A program made the position numbers and the translations under genes. From Chloroflexota bacterium (GTDB taxonomy: Bacteria; Chloroflexota; Limnocylindria; P2-11E): a stretch of DNA of 64,000 nt. Shown here in pieces: positions 1 through 11,817 of the stretch. The DNA lies in NCBI GenBank assembly GCA_005880575.1, contig VBIZ01000104.1, forward strand, positions 3,735-67,734. Reading direction: 5' to 3'. The notes under the pieces are model-generated. The model made no database searches. It saw nothing but the letters and a program-made list of their open reading frames with translations, and had not been told where the DNA came from. Position 1 is the first letter of the stretch, and each line of letters starts with the position of its first letter.

Positions 1-13
1 GGAAGACGCGGGC

Positions 14-1177
14 GTGTACTGGCAGGTGACGGTGCTCAACCCCGACGGAACGCAGCCAGCCGGCCGCATCAGCTCGCGCGTTCCCGCGCCGATCGACGAC
101 ACGTCGCCGGGCTGGGCGCCCGCGCAGTTCGACAATGTCACGCTGCCGCAGTCACCGGAAAGCGGGATCGTACTGAGCGGCGGGACCACGGGGAGCTGGA
201 CATCCTCGTGGCAGCCGACGCGGTTCCCGTTCTCGCAGCTCATCTCTTCGTGGACCGCCGACACCCCGGCCGGCAGCTGGATCGAGGTCGAGATCCAGGT
301 GCGCACGGCGGGGGGTCATGAGACCCGCTGGTGGCGCATGGGCAAGTGGGCGTACGGCGACGAGACGATCCGCAGAACATCGATCAACGGGCAGACCGAC
401 GCCGACGGAGTCGTCGAGACCGACACGTTCAAAACGCGCGCCGAAAAGATGACCGCGTATCGCGCCCGCGTGACTCTCTCGCGAAGCGCGGTCGCCGGCG
501 CATCGCCGATCCTGCAGCACATCTACGCGCTCGTCTCGGATACGCGGAGCTACACACCGCGCTATCCGAGTCCTCGCTATACCGACCGCGCCATGGAGAT
601 CTCCGTCCCGCGGTACTCGCAGGAGATCCACGCGGGTGAGTTCCCGCAGTACGACGGCGGGGGCGAAGCGTGGTGCAGCCCGACGTCGACCGAGATGGTC
701 ATCGAGTTCTGGAACAAGCGGCCCACGTCCGCCGAGCTCGCCTTTGTCGGCGGGTTCGCCGACCCGCAGGTGGACTATGCGGCGCGCTACACCTACGACG
801 TCGCCTACGCGGGAACCGGCAACTGGCCCTTCAACACGGCGTACGCATCACGGTTCGGACTGTCCGCGCGCGTTCTGCAGCTCGGATCGCTGAACGACGC
901 CGAGCGGTACATCGCGGCCGGCATTCCGCTCGTGGCGTCGATCACCCACGCGCCGGGCGCGCTGCCCGGCTTCCTCAACAACGCCGGAACGGCCGGGCAT
1001 CTGCTCGTGATCGTCGGATTCACCGCGGCCGGCGATGTGATCGCGAACGATCCCGCCGCGACGAGCGACGCGACGGTGCGGCGCGTCTACGGACGTGAGG
1101 CGTTCGAGCGCGCGTGGATCGGCGGGTCGGGCGGCGTCGTGTACTTCATCGCGCCGCCGAACACGTTCGTCCCTTAG
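14..1177 (+). CDS. Peptidase C39-like family protein, probably 5' partial
   Basis: Q..WCSPTS catalytic Cys motif, GHLLVIVGF His and NDPA Asp; the frame is open to the window edge. Confidence 0.8.
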   Translation: MYWQVTVLNPDGTQPAGRISSRVPAPIDDTSPGWAPAQFDNVTLPQSPESGIVLSGGTTGSWTSSWQPTRFPFSQLISSWTADTPAGSWIEVEIQVRTAGGHETRWWRMGKWAYGDETIRRTSINGQTDADGVVETDTFKTRAEKMTAYRARVTLSRSAVAGASPILQHIYALVSDTRSYTPRYPSPRYTDRAMEISVPRYSQEIHAGEFPQYDGGGEAWCSPTSTEMVIEFWNKRPTSAELAFVGGFADPQVDYAARYTYDVAYAGTGNWPFNTAYASRFGLSARVLQLGSLNDAERYIAAGIPLVASITHAPGALPGFLNNAGTAGHLLVIVGFTAAGDVIANDPAATSDATVRRVYGREAFERAWIGGSGGVVYFIAPPNTFVP

Positions 1178-1183
1178 CCGTCC

Positions 1184-1864
1184 TCAGAGGTAGATCGTCG
1201 CGTCGAGATCGCGTCCGCTCGGAATGGCCTGCAGCGAGACGACGACGTCGTACGGCGCGCTCGAGTTGTAGAACGTCGTCCACGATGAGCGGCCCGGCGC
1301 GACGAGGTGGAAGAGGCGATCGCCCGCGGCGACTCGTGCGCCGTCGCGGGCGAGCAGCTCGGTGACCGAGCCGAGTGTCCCCGGCCGATACGTGATCTTC
1401 CGGTCGGCACCCACGATCGAGATATAGGGATAGAAGGCGAGTGAGGGGACGTTAGACCCGAGACGCACCTCGCCATCGATGAATTGATAGGTGCGAACCT
1501 CGACGGTCCCGGCGAACGGCGCGTCGAAGCTGCGATCGAGGTCAGAGACGACGACCCCCACGTAGCCGCGCCCGCCGAAGCGGAACGCGGTGAGCGCAAG
1601 CGGCGGCTGAGTCGGTGCGGCCGTCGGCGTCGGCGATGGTTCGGGGGACGTCGGGGAGGGGTTCGGCGTCGCGATATCGCTCAGCACGGCGGGCGGCACG
1701 GCGGGGTTCCCCGAGGGGCTCGCCGACACGCTCGCCTGCGAAACGGACGGAAAGGCGACGCCGAGGTCGCCGACGAGGATGAGCCTTCCGACCCCCAGGA
1801 GGACGGCGGCGGTGAGGCTGCTGACGACCCCAACCGCGCCAATCCGCAGTAGCGCGTGTTTCAC
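1184..1864 (-). CDS. Hypothetical membrane-anchored/secreted protein with Pro/Ser/Thr linker
   Basis: N-terminal hydrophobic helix, PSPTPT linker, beta-rich C-terminal domain; fills the gap between neighbours. Confidence 0.6.
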   Translation of the reverse strand: MKHALLRIGAVGVVSSLTAAVLLGVGRLILVGDLGVAFPSVSQASVSASPSGNPAVPPAVLSDIATPNPSPTSPEPSPTPTAAPTQPPLALTAFRFGGRGYVGVVVSDLDRSFDAPFAGTVEVRTYQFIDGEVRLGSNVPSLAFYPYISIVGADRKITYRPGTLGSVTELLARDGARVAAGDRLFHLVAPGRSSWTTFYNSSAPYDVVVSLQAIPSGRDLDATIYL

Positions 1865-1930
1865 GCGGCTATCTAACGGCCGCCCGACTGCTTCGAAACG
1901 GGTCCGGGCCGCATATCCTGCGCCTCACCG

Positions 1931-2755
1931 ATGAGAAGAGCGCTGGCGATCCTGGCCCTGGCGATGACTGGCGTCGCGCTTCTGGCGGGCTCGGCCGGCG
2001 CGGCGACGTCGGTCACGGCGAAAGCCCAGCTTCGCGGACATCTGCCCGAGCTCGGGGAGCGCCCGACGATGCGGGTCTTCATCACGCAGGACGCGTACGA
2101 CACGTACCGGAACAGCCTCGGCGACGCCAACGTGTTCCCGTCGGCGAGCTCGCTGTTCATGACGTTCGACAAGGAGATCCTCGCGCTGTACACGCGCGGC
2201 AACGACACCGGCGGGCGGTGCATCGGCACGCAGATCGCCGCAAGCTTCTCGGGGGACACGCTCTCCGCGACCGCGTCGTGGCAGGCGGGCACCTGCGGCG
2301 CGCCGAGCACCGCGCATTACCCGTTCGTTCTCCTGTCGCTCTCGCGGACCGCGACGGACGGAACCGCGTGGCTCTCGAGCGCGCGGTCGGTGTGCCTCTC
2401 CGTGGAGACGCAGGACACGAACGCGTGCGCGACGCTCGGGGGTGCCTCGGCCGCGCCGACGTCGACGACGCCTCCGCCGACGGCCACGTCGAGCCCGGTC
2501 GCATCGACCCCGACTCCGCAGGCAAGCGCGACGCGGTCACTGACTCCGACGCAGACCGCGGCCGCGGCGTCGCCAACGGCCGCACCTTCGAGCGCCGCGC
2601 CGAGCGCGACACGTTCGCCCGCCGCGGCGGCGAGCCCGCCCGCGGCCGCATCCGACAACGGATCGAACATCTTGCTGTACGCGATGCTCGTCGCAATCGG
2701 CTTTCTCGTGCTGCTCTCGCTCTTCCTCTCGCGAGGTGGCCGCCGCCGCCGCTAG
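1931..2755 (+). CDS. Secreted surface protein with Ser/Thr/Pro-rich linker and C-terminal TM anchor
   Basis: Signal peptide, Cys-containing domain, S/T/P/A linker, TM helix and RRRR tail. Confidence 0.7.
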   Translation: MRRALAILALAMTGVALLAGSAGAATSVTAKAQLRGHLPELGERPTMRVFITQDAYDTYRNSLGDANVFPSASSLFMTFDKEILALYTRGNDTGGRCIGTQIAASFSGDTLSATASWQAGTCGAPSTAHYPFVLLSLSRTATDGTAWLSSARSVCLSVETQDTNACATLGGASAAPTSTTPPPTATSSPVASTPTPQASATRSLTPTQTAAAASPTAAPSSAAPSATRSPAAAASPPAAASDNGSNILLYAMLVAIGFLVLLSLFLSRGGRRRR

Positions 2756-3240
2756 GTCCGGCGCAGCTCCGCGAGCCACGCGCCGACGAGCGCGACCGTC
2801 TCGGCGAGGTTGTAGAGGAAGTGAAGATCGGGCCGCGTGATCGGTAGGCCGCCGAAGAGCAGACCGCCCGCTGAGAGCAGTCCGGGCGAGCCCGGCACTC
2901 CGGTCTGGATGTAGCTCGCGATCATCACGGAGTGCTCGACGAAATGCCATCCCGCGAGGGGCGTGACCGCGATGAGCCAGGGGTTCGCACGGAAGTGGGG
3001 GAGGAGCGCGAGCAGCGTGACCAGGACGAGCGCGTTCCATCCGAAGTGGACCCACTCGATGTTGAGCTGGCCGACGATGCCCTGAGCGGCCGCGCCGCCC
3101 AGATGCAGCACGTGGATCTGGATCATCTGCGCGCCGTGCTCGACGAGATGCGCCGTCTGAGCGAGCGCGAGGAAACCGAGGAGCAGGACCCAGGGCGTCG
3201 CGAAGAGTCGGTCGGGGAATCCCGCCGCGCGCGACGCCAT
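2752..3240 (-). CDS. Hypothetical integral membrane protein with His residues in its TM segments
   Basis: Several hydrophobic segments with HxxEH motifs (HLVEH, HFVEH) and LHFLYN. Confidence 0.65.
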   Translation of the reverse strand: MASRAAGFPDRLFATPWVLLLGFLALAQTAHLVEHGAQMIQIHVLHLGGAAAQGIVGQLNIEWVHFGWNALVLVTLLALLPHFRANPWLIAVTPLAGWHFVEHSVMIASYIQTGVPGSPGLLSAGGLLFGGLPITRPDLHFLYNLAETVALVGAWLAELRRT

Positions 3241-3242
3241 CC

Positions 3243-4283
3243 CTAGTCGACGACTCCCGCGAACCGCCGCACGAGCTCGATGATGTCGTCCGACAGGCGG
3301 CGCACTTCGCGTGTGGCATCGGTCATCGTCGCGACCTCGATCCGGCCGCCGCGCAACACCGGCAGCACTCCCGAGCGCCCGGCGTCCAGCAGATCAGCCG
3401 CCGCATTCCCGAACCGCGTCGCCCTCAAGCGATCGACCGCGGTGGGCGAGCCGCCGCGCTGCAGGTGGCCGAGCACGACCTGTCGAGCTTCGATACCCGT
3501 GCGCTGCTCGATGAATCGCGCCAGGACCGCGCCGATCGCACGCTGGTCGAGTCGGACATGTCCGAACGCGTCATGGTCGACGGCGGTCTCGGCCTCGATG
3601 CCATCGATCATGGCGGCTTCGGATACGACGACGAGAATGTCGGGGTCGCCGGTCGCGCGGTGCCGCTTCATCGTCCGCACGACCTGCTCGCTCGTCACCT
3701 GGATCTCCGGAACGATGATGAGGTCGGCGCCGCCGGCGAGGCCGCCGTACGCCGCGACCCAGCCGGTGTCGCGGCCCATCGCCTCGACGACGACGACGCG
3801 GTGGTGGGCGCTCGCCGTTGTGCGAAGGCGGTCCAGCGCGTCGGCGACGACGGTGACCGCCGTGTCGAACCCGATGCAGTAGTCCGTTTCGGCGAGGTCG
3901 TTGTCGACGGTCTTCGGCACGCCGATCACGCGGATGCGCTGCTCGTGCAGCCATTGCGCGACGCCGAGGGTGTCGTTGCCGCCGATCGCGACGAGCGCGT
4001 CGATCCGCCAGCGTCGGATGCTTTCGAGCACGGCGCGCCGCGATGCCTCGTCCTTGCGTGGATCGGTGCGCGATGTGCCGAGGATGGTCCCGCCTTCGCT
4101 CAGAATGCGATTCGCGTCACGCACGCCCAGCGGGCGCGGCTCGGCTTCGCCAAGGAGACCGGCCCAGCCGTCGGTGATGCCGAGGACCTCGTGACCGAGC
4201 GCGGTCGCCCGGAGGACGACCGCACGAATCGCAGCATTGAGCCCGGGGGCGTCGCCGCCGCCGGTGAGCACTCCGATCCGCAA
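3243..4283 (-). CDS. pfkA: 6-phosphofructokinase
   Basis: TGGGDAPGLNA, GGTILGTSR, PKTVDND, EAMGR and LGHLQRGG motifs; TTG start. Confidence 0.93.
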   Translation of the reverse strand: MRIGVLTGGGDAPGLNAAIRAVVLRATALGHEVLGITDGWAGLLGEAEPRPLGVRDANRILSEGGTILGTSRTDPRKDEASRRAVLESIRRWRIDALVAIGGNDTLGVAQWLHEQRIRVIGVPKTVDNDLAETDYCIGFDTAVTVVADALDRLRTTASAHHRVVVVEAMGRDTGWVAAYGGLAGGADLIIVPEIQVTSEQVVRTMKRHRATGDPDILVVVSEAAMIDGIEAETAVDHDAFGHVRLDQRAIGAVLARFIEQRTGIEARQVVLGHLQRGGSPTAVDRLRATRFGNAAADLLDAGRSGVLPVLRGGRIEVATMTDATREVRRLSDDIIELVRRFAGVVD

Positions 4284-4312
4284 AGCTAGGTGCGACTCAT
4301 TCCTGCGAAAGC

Positions 4313-4891
4313 CTAGGACTTCGCGTCCTTCTTTTGTCGCTCGAGCGCCTTCTCGAGCTCTTCCGGGCTGATCGCTCGCATGATCGCGAGGACCTCGCCC
4401 AGCCGGCGCGGATGGCCGCGGGCTTCGTAGAAACGCTGGCGCTCGAGTGCCTCAGCGAGCTGCTCGTGAGTCAGGATGCCTTCGTCGATCAGGTACTGGC
4501 CCAGGGTCTGAACGGCCGGTGGCTCCCCGAGGATGCCGCGGAGCGTGTTGATCAGGTCGATCGGCCCGAACGGCTTGACGAGGTAATGCGAGGCTCCCGC
4601 GGCGAGACCGGCCTTCCGATCCGCCGAGCTATCGCGCGCGGTCAGCATCACCACGGGAATGGCCTTGGTCGCGGGATCATCCTTGAGCAGCTTGCAGACA
4701 TCGAACCCCGTCGGCCCATCCTCATCGAAGTTCACATCGAGCAGGACTGCCCGCGGCGGGTCGCGGTGGGCGAGGTCGACCGTCTGGTCGGCCGTGGCCG
4801 CCTCGGCAATGGTCCAGCCCTGGGTAGACAGGGTGATCCGGACCATGTCGCGTATGAAGCGTTGGTCGTCCGCTATCAGGATGTCGGTCAC
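4313..4891 (-). CDS. Response regulator receiver with C-terminal MshEN-like tandem motif
   Basis: REC motifs IADD, LLD, MLTA, KPF; then LGQYLIDEGILTHEQLAEALERQ and RLGEVL...LEKALERQ. Confidence 0.85.
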   Translation of the reverse strand: MTDILIADDQRFIRDMVRITLSTQGWTIAEAATADQTVDLAHRDPPRAVLLDVNFDEDGPTGFDVCKLLKDDPATKAIPVVMLTARDSSADRKAGLAAGASHYLVKPFGPIDLINTLRGILGEPPAVQTLGQYLIDEGILTHEQLAEALERQRFYEARGHPRRLGEVLAIMRAISPEELEKALERQKKDAKS

Positions 4892-4989
4892 CGCACCTCG
4901 CAGCGCCTGCGAGCCTAGCGAAGGCTAGCGCGGCTTTACAGTCCTCGAAGGCCCGACCTAAACTCGTTCGTAACAACTTCATACGCGTT

Positions 4990-5168
4990 GCCGGCCAGAG
5001 GTGCGGTCTCAAGCAGTAGCGCCGCGGAGGAACGAGCTTCCGCCAGATGCGGTGCGAACGGTGGGACTGCCGAAGTCAGAGGTCCGTCTCGGGATCTCGG
5101 GCTGGTCCGCTTTCCGGAAGGAGACGGACTGTCGCGACGGGGGAAACTCCGCCGCGAAGCGCTGCCGT
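4990..5168 (+). ncRNA. Lysine riboswitch (L-box) aptamer
   Basis: AGAGGTGCG, AGTA, GCCGAA, GACTGTC and AGCGCT blocks in the expected order over ~180 nt, directly upstream of lysine biosynthesis genes. Confidence 0.85.
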
Positions 5169-5190
5169 GTGACCAGGGTCTTCACGAGAG

Positions 5191-5222
5191 GCTCGGTGGC
5201 ACGTCGCGCACCGGGCTTTTTG
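5191..5222 (+). terminator. Intrinsic terminator, expression platform of the lysine riboswitch
   Basis: Stem GCTCGGTG/CACCGGGC followed by TTTTTG. Confidence 0.75.
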
Positions 5223-5259
5223 TTACAGAAAGGCCGGTGGCCGCCTCGCGTGTGCGTGA

Positions 5260-7759
<2,500 letters not shown>

Positions 7760-7768
7760 GAGAGACGA

Positions 7769-8263
7769 TTGAGTAGGGCCTGGGTTTTCGGAGATGACCT
7801 CGACACGGACCAGATCGTCCCCGGCCGATACGCGCCGTTCATGGTCGGCCAGGACAAATTCCACATCTACGCGTTCTGCGACGCGCGTCCGGGTTTCGCC
7901 AAGGAGGTCCGGCCCGGCGACGTGCTCGTCGGCGGGGAGAACTTCGGATGCGGAAGCTCGCGCGAGTACGCGGTCGCGGCTCTGGCGAAGCATGGGATCG
8001 GCGGGATCGTGGCGAAGAGCTTTGCGCGAATCTTCTTTCGCAACTGCATCAACCTGGGGATCCCCGTGCTCGAATCCGAAGACGCCGTTACCGTGGTGCG
8101 CGATGGCGACGCCGTGATGCTCGATCTCGCGGCGGGACTCCTTCGCGCTCCAGGCGGTGACGCGCGCCTCCGTCCGCTCGCACCGTTCGCCCAGGAGATC
8201 CTCGCGGCCGGCGGGGTTGTCGCCTATCTGCGCGAGCACGGAGACTTTCCTTCGGTGGAATGA
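7769..8263 (+). CDS. lysU: Homoaconitase small subunit (LeuD family)
   Basis: [38 protein letters not shown]; the YAPFMVG loop is as recalled for Thermus LysU. Confidence 0.87.
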   Translation: MSRAWVFGDDLDTDQIVPGRYAPFMVGQDKFHIYAFCDARPGFAKEVRPGDVLVGGENFGCGSSREYAVAALAKHGIGGIVAKSFARIFFRNCINLGIPVLESEDAVTVVRDGDAVMLDLAAGLLRAPGGDARLRPLAPFAQEILAAGGVVAYLREHGDFPSVE

Positions 8264-8727
8264 GCAGCCAGCCGATCGAGATCGTCGTACTCGCACCGCA
8301 GCGCGCCGTCACGATCCGGAGGACGGTTCCGCAAGCGGGCCTCGGCGCTTTCTTCATGGAGATCTTTCCGAAGCTCCGCGGGGCGATCCGCGCGCAGGGC
8401 GCGACGCCGGCCGGTCCACGCTTCGCGCGTTATTACAACGGCGACCCCGCGGCGTTCGACACCGAGGCGGGCATTCCGTTCACCGGGTCGTTCATGGTGA
8501 CGGGCGATGAGATTCGCGTCACCAAGCTTCCCGCCGGCCGCGCCGCGAAGACCCTGCACATCGGCCCGTACCACACCCTGTCGCAGGAATACCGGCGGCT
8601 TGAGAAGTGGCTCGCCGAAGAAGGGCACCGCCCCGCCGAGGGCCCATGGGAGTCGTATCTCGACGATGAGACGAAGACGCCCGAGAAGCATCTGCGCACC
8701 GAGGTGTACTGGCCGCTCGTGCGGTGA
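8260..8727 (+). CDS. GyrI-like small-molecule-binding protein
   Basis: LPAG.AA..HIGPY..L...Y..L..W and WESYL...TEVYWP pattern. Confidence 0.85.
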   Translation: MSSQPIEIVVLAPQRAVTIRRTVPQAGLGAFFMEIFPKLRGAIRAQGATPAGPRFARYYNGDPAAFDTEAGIPFTGSFMVTGDEIRVTKLPAGRAAKTLHIGPYHTLSQEYRRLEKWLAEEGHRPAEGPWESYLDDETKTPEKHLRTEVYWPLVR

Positions 8728-8728
8728 T

Positions 8729-9082
8729 CTAAGGAAGATCGACAGCGACCGGGAGCGCGTTCCGCGCCCAGCTCGAGAGCCTCTTTCCTTCGCGCCAGCC
8801 TTGGTACTTGCCGTCGAGAAGCTCGCGCGCCAGGGCGTCCTCCTGCGTGCCCGCGCGAACGACACGTGCCGTCGCGCTCGCGGTCTGCGTGCCGATCCGG
8901 ATCCGCACTTGCGGGGTCTTTCTCAGGTTCCGCACCCAGTCCGCGCGGTCGCCGCCTCCGGAAAGCACGTAGAGCCGATCGTCATGCCGACCGAACCAGA
9001 TCTCGATCGTGTGCGCTTTTCCGGTACTGCGGCCGATCGTGGTCAGATAGGCGAAGTCCTCGTCGGCGAGGCGCTCGAACAT
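8729..9082 (-). CDS. Deazaflavin (F420)-dependent nitroreductase-family oxidoreductase
   Basis: LTTIGRSTG and ADWVRNL..P motifs. Confidence 0.85.
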   Translation of the reverse strand: MFERLADEDFAYLTTIGRSTGKAHTIEIWFGRHDDRLYVLSGGGDRADWVRNLRKTPQVRIRIGTQTASATARVVRAGTQEDALARELLDGKYQGWREGKRLSSWARNALPVAVDLP

Positions 9083-9139
9083 CTCGCTTCAAACAACCGC
9101 GGAAGCTCGCGCGGGATTCCAGCGCGGCGAAAGTGCGGT

Positions 9140-9295
9140 CTAGCGAGCGCGGCGGAGGACGCAGTCCGCGCACTGACACCGTGCAGGCGCGGGGTGCGTG
9201 TGACGAGGGCGCCACGCCGCCGACACGAAGGCCATCACGACGATCACCACCCACGCGAGCGCGAGCCAGAACGCGGCATCCGATGCCATTGTCAT
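9140..9295 (-). CDS. Putative 51-aa membrane microprotein with HxH...CxCxxC tail
   Basis: Hand-translated MTMASDAAFWLALAWVVIVVMAFVSAAWRPRHTHPAPARCQCADCVLRRAR; fills an intergenic gap; no clear RBS. Confidence 0.4.
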   Translation of the reverse strand: MTMASDAAFWLALAWVVIVVMAFVSAAWRPRHTHPAPARCQCADCVLRRAR

Positions 9296-9352
9296 GGCGC
9301 CCACACATGCGCACGGCGTGCCAGCGGGAGGACCTGCTCGCTCGGCCGCTCG

Positions 9353-10021
9353 TCAGGCGAGGGCTTCGCGCATCCACCCGGCCACGGTCTCTGTCATCTT
9401 CGCGCGCGGGCCGGCGGGCGCGAAGTCATGGTCGCCGCCTTCGATGGTGACGATCCTGTTCGGTACGCGCGCCTGAGAGAGCACCGCGGCGTAGCGCTCG
9501 GCGTTCTCGAAGGGCACCTGGTCGTCGCGCGAGCCCCACACCAGGAGCACCCGCGCGCGCGTGCGGGAGAGCTCCGCGACCGGTTTCCACTTGCCCTCAT
9601 TCGACCACGCCGTGAACCTCGGTCCCGCGGCGGCGGGCGCGGCGGCGAGCACCGCGCCGCGGATGCGCGAATCACGCCCGGCGACGAGCGCCGCGACGGT
9701 GCCGCCGAACGAGAAGCCGACCACGCCGAGGCGTTCGGGGACGTCGGGGTGCGCCTTGAGCAAGCGGATCGCCCCCGCGGCGTCGGCGAGGCCGGAGTCG
9801 AGCGTCATCCGTGGAGGCTGGTGATCGCGATATGCGAACCGGAGTGCCGCGATCCCGGCGCGTGCGAGCTCGTCACAGGTGGCCACGATGTGCGGCTGGC
9901 TAGGATCGCCCCCAAAACCGTGCAGTACGGCGACGCCGCCGATGGCCCTCGCCGCGGGCAGATGCAACACGCCGTCGAGCTCGGTGTCCTCGACGCGGAT
10001 CCCGACACGCTGAGATGGCAC
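9353..10021 (-). CDS. Alpha/beta hydrolase
   Basis: LHGFGG, GFSFGG nucleophile elbow, DDQVP Asp, GDHDF His. Confidence 0.88.
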   Translation of the reverse strand: MPSQRVGIRVEDTELDGVLHLPAARAIGGVAVLHGFGGDPSQPHIVATCDELARAGIAALRFAYRDHQPPRMTLDSGLADAAGAIRLLKAHPDVPERLGVVGFSFGGTVAALVAGRDSRIRGAVLAAAPAAAGPRFTAWSNEGKWKPVAELSRTRARVLLVWGSRDDQVPFENAERYAAVLSQARVPNRIVTIEGGDHDFAPAGPRAKMTETVAGWMREALA

Positions 10022-10024
10022 AGC

Positions 10025-11284
10025 TCACTCCTGAGTTGAGGCAGCCACTTTAGGCGGAGCTTCCGGCATCGCGAGCAGCTCGAAGACCTTGCGCCGGTCC
10101 TCGATGGTCGTGCGCGAGCTGATCAGCTCGAGGACCTTCTTGCGGCCCTTCATCTTTCCCACGAGGATCGCGCCGACGAGCTTGTCGCGGAGAAAGAAGA
10201 GCCGCTTGTAGTTCCGCGGTTCGTACTCGACCTCGACGACGGCCTCGGCATCGGGCTCCTCCTCGGTCGTCACGCCCATCACCGAGATGTTCGAGTTGAA
10301 CATCCCCGAGGCATAGGTCGGAACCTCGATGTACGGCTCCCTCGCGCCGAGCATGTTCTTCGCGACGTGCCGGCCATGATTGAGCGAGTTGTCCCACGTG
10401 CCCATGCGGTGATGGCGCTGTGACACGACGTCGTAGAACTCGGCCACGTCGCCCGCGGCCCAGACGTCGGGCATGTTCGTCTCGAGGAACTCGTTCGTCC
10501 TGACGCCCACGTTCGTCTCGAGCCCGGTCCCTTCGAAGATGTCGATGTTCATGGTGAGGCCGAGGCCCACGCCGACCATGTCGGCGGTGGCGGTGAATCC
10601 CTTTGTGCCGACGACCTTGAGCTGGCCGTTGGAGCGCTCGAGACTATCGATGGCCTCGTCGTAGTGGAGGTGCACTCCGGCGTCCTGCGCGAGCAGCGTG
10701 ATGACCTTGCCGCCCTCCTCGTCGAGCGCGCGCCGGAGAAACCATGGGCCGCGCATGAGCCAGTGCGTCTCGAGGCCGCGATGGGCGAATGCTTCGGTTA
10801 GCTCGTACCCGATGAAGGACCCGCCGAGCACGACCGCGACTTTTGACTCGGGGATGCGCGCGACCATGCCTTTGGCGTCGTCGAAGTACTGGAAGTTGAA
10901 GACGTAGGGCGCACCTTCAGCGCCGGGCGCGCGGAGCGGGTTCGGACGGCCGCCCGTCGCGATCAGCAGCCGGTCGTACCGCATTTCTCCGCCCGGCTCG
11001 GTGTGGATGGTCTTCTCCTCGAAGCTCACCTGGTCGACCTTCGTTTCCAGACGGAGGTCGATGTTGTTCTTCGTGTGCCACTCCATGTCCCGGACGTAGA
11101 CCCGCTGCTCGAGAAGGACACCGCGCAGGTAGCGGGGAAGGGACACCCGGTTGTAGAGCGTGTACGGCTCGTCGTCGATCATCACAATCTCGGCCGCCGC
11201 GTCGAGCTTGCGCAGCTGCTCTGCCGCGTACGTGCCCGCGGCGCCGTTGCCGATGATCACGAAGCGTGTCGGATGAGTCGTCAG
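10025..11284 (-). CDS. FAD-dependent pyridine nucleotide-disulfide oxidoreductase (ferredoxin/rubredoxin reductase-like)
   Basis: IIGNGAAG, ATG, GGSFIGYE, AAGD motifs; start extended to CTG at 11284 behind a GAGGAG RBS (ORF track starts at 11260). Confidence 0.85.
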   Translation of the reverse strand: MTTHPTRFVIIGNGAAGTYAAEQLRKLDAAAEIVMIDDEPYTLYNRVSLPRYLRGVLLEQRVYVRDMEWHTKNNIDLRLETKVDQVSFEEKTIHTEPGGEMRYDRLLIATGGRPNPLRAPGAEGAPYVFNFQYFDDAKGMVARIPESKVAVVLGGSFIGYELTEAFAHRGLETHWLMRGPWFLRRALDEEGGKVITLLAQDAGVHLHYDEAIDSLERSNGQLKVVGTKGFTATADMVGVGLGLTMNIDIFEGTGLETNVGVRTNEFLETNMPDVWAAGDVAEFYDVVSQRHHRMGTWDNSLNHGRHVAKNMLGAREPYIEVPTYASGMFNSNISVMGVTTEEEPDAEAVVEVEYEPRNYKRLFFLRDKLVGAILVGKMKGRKKVLELISSRTTIEDRRKVFELLAMPEAPPKVAASTQE

Positions 11285-11324
11285 GGCCGATCTCCTCGGG
11301 TGGTGGTCGAGTTAGTCTCGCCGA

Positions 11325-11699
11325 ATGCCGCGTGCCGCGCCGTCGCCGCTCGCTCGCGTTCGGACGATCTGCTTATCGCTTCCCGAAACAACGGAGCGTC
11401 TGAGCCACGGGGCGCCGAGCTTTTTCATCCGCGACAAGATCGGCTTCGTGACCTACATGGACAACCACCACGGCGACGGCCGCGTCGCACTGTGGTGCGC
11501 CTGCCCGCCCGGGATGCGCGACGGCCTCGTGAAGGCCGAACCCGAGCAGTACTTCGTGCCGCCGTATGTCGGCTTTCGCGGTTGGATCGGGGTGCGGCTT
11601 GACCGCAGCCCCGACTGGGATGCAGTGGAGCGCGTCATCCGTGACGCATACGTCGCAGTGGCGCCGAAGGGACTCGTCGCCGCCTTCCTGGATCGCTGA
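11325..11699 (+). CDS. MmcQ/YjbR family protein
   Basis: CLSLPET.E..SHG.P.F and YFVPPYVG..GWIGVRL. Confidence 0.85.
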   Translation: MPRAAPSPLARVRTICLSLPETTERLSHGAPSFFIRDKIGFVTYMDNHHGDGRVALWCACPPGMRDGLVKAEPEQYFVPPYVGFRGWIGVRLDRSPDWDAVERVIRDAYVAVAPKGLVAAFLDR

Positions 11700-11721
11700 C
11701 CGTTTCGTATCCTTAGCGCAC

Positions 11722-11807
11722 GCCGGAGTGGCGAAATCGGTTTACGCAGCTGACTTAAGATCAGCCTGGGCGCAAGCCCTATGAGGGTTCGAGTCCCTCC
11801 TCCGGCA
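11722..11807 (+). tRNA. tRNA-Leu(UAA)
   Basis: Acceptor GCCGGAG/CTCCGGC-A, anticodon arm GCTGA-CTTAAGA-TCAGC, long variable arm, GGTTCGAGTCC T-loop; CCA not encoded. Confidence 0.95.
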
Positions 11808-11817
11808 CTCGAGAACC

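Noticed and set aside
11722..11807. bldA-like regulatory role for tRNA-Leu(UAA)
   Set aside because: TTA codons occur in ordinary genes here (e.g. fmt); there is no evidence of regulatory use
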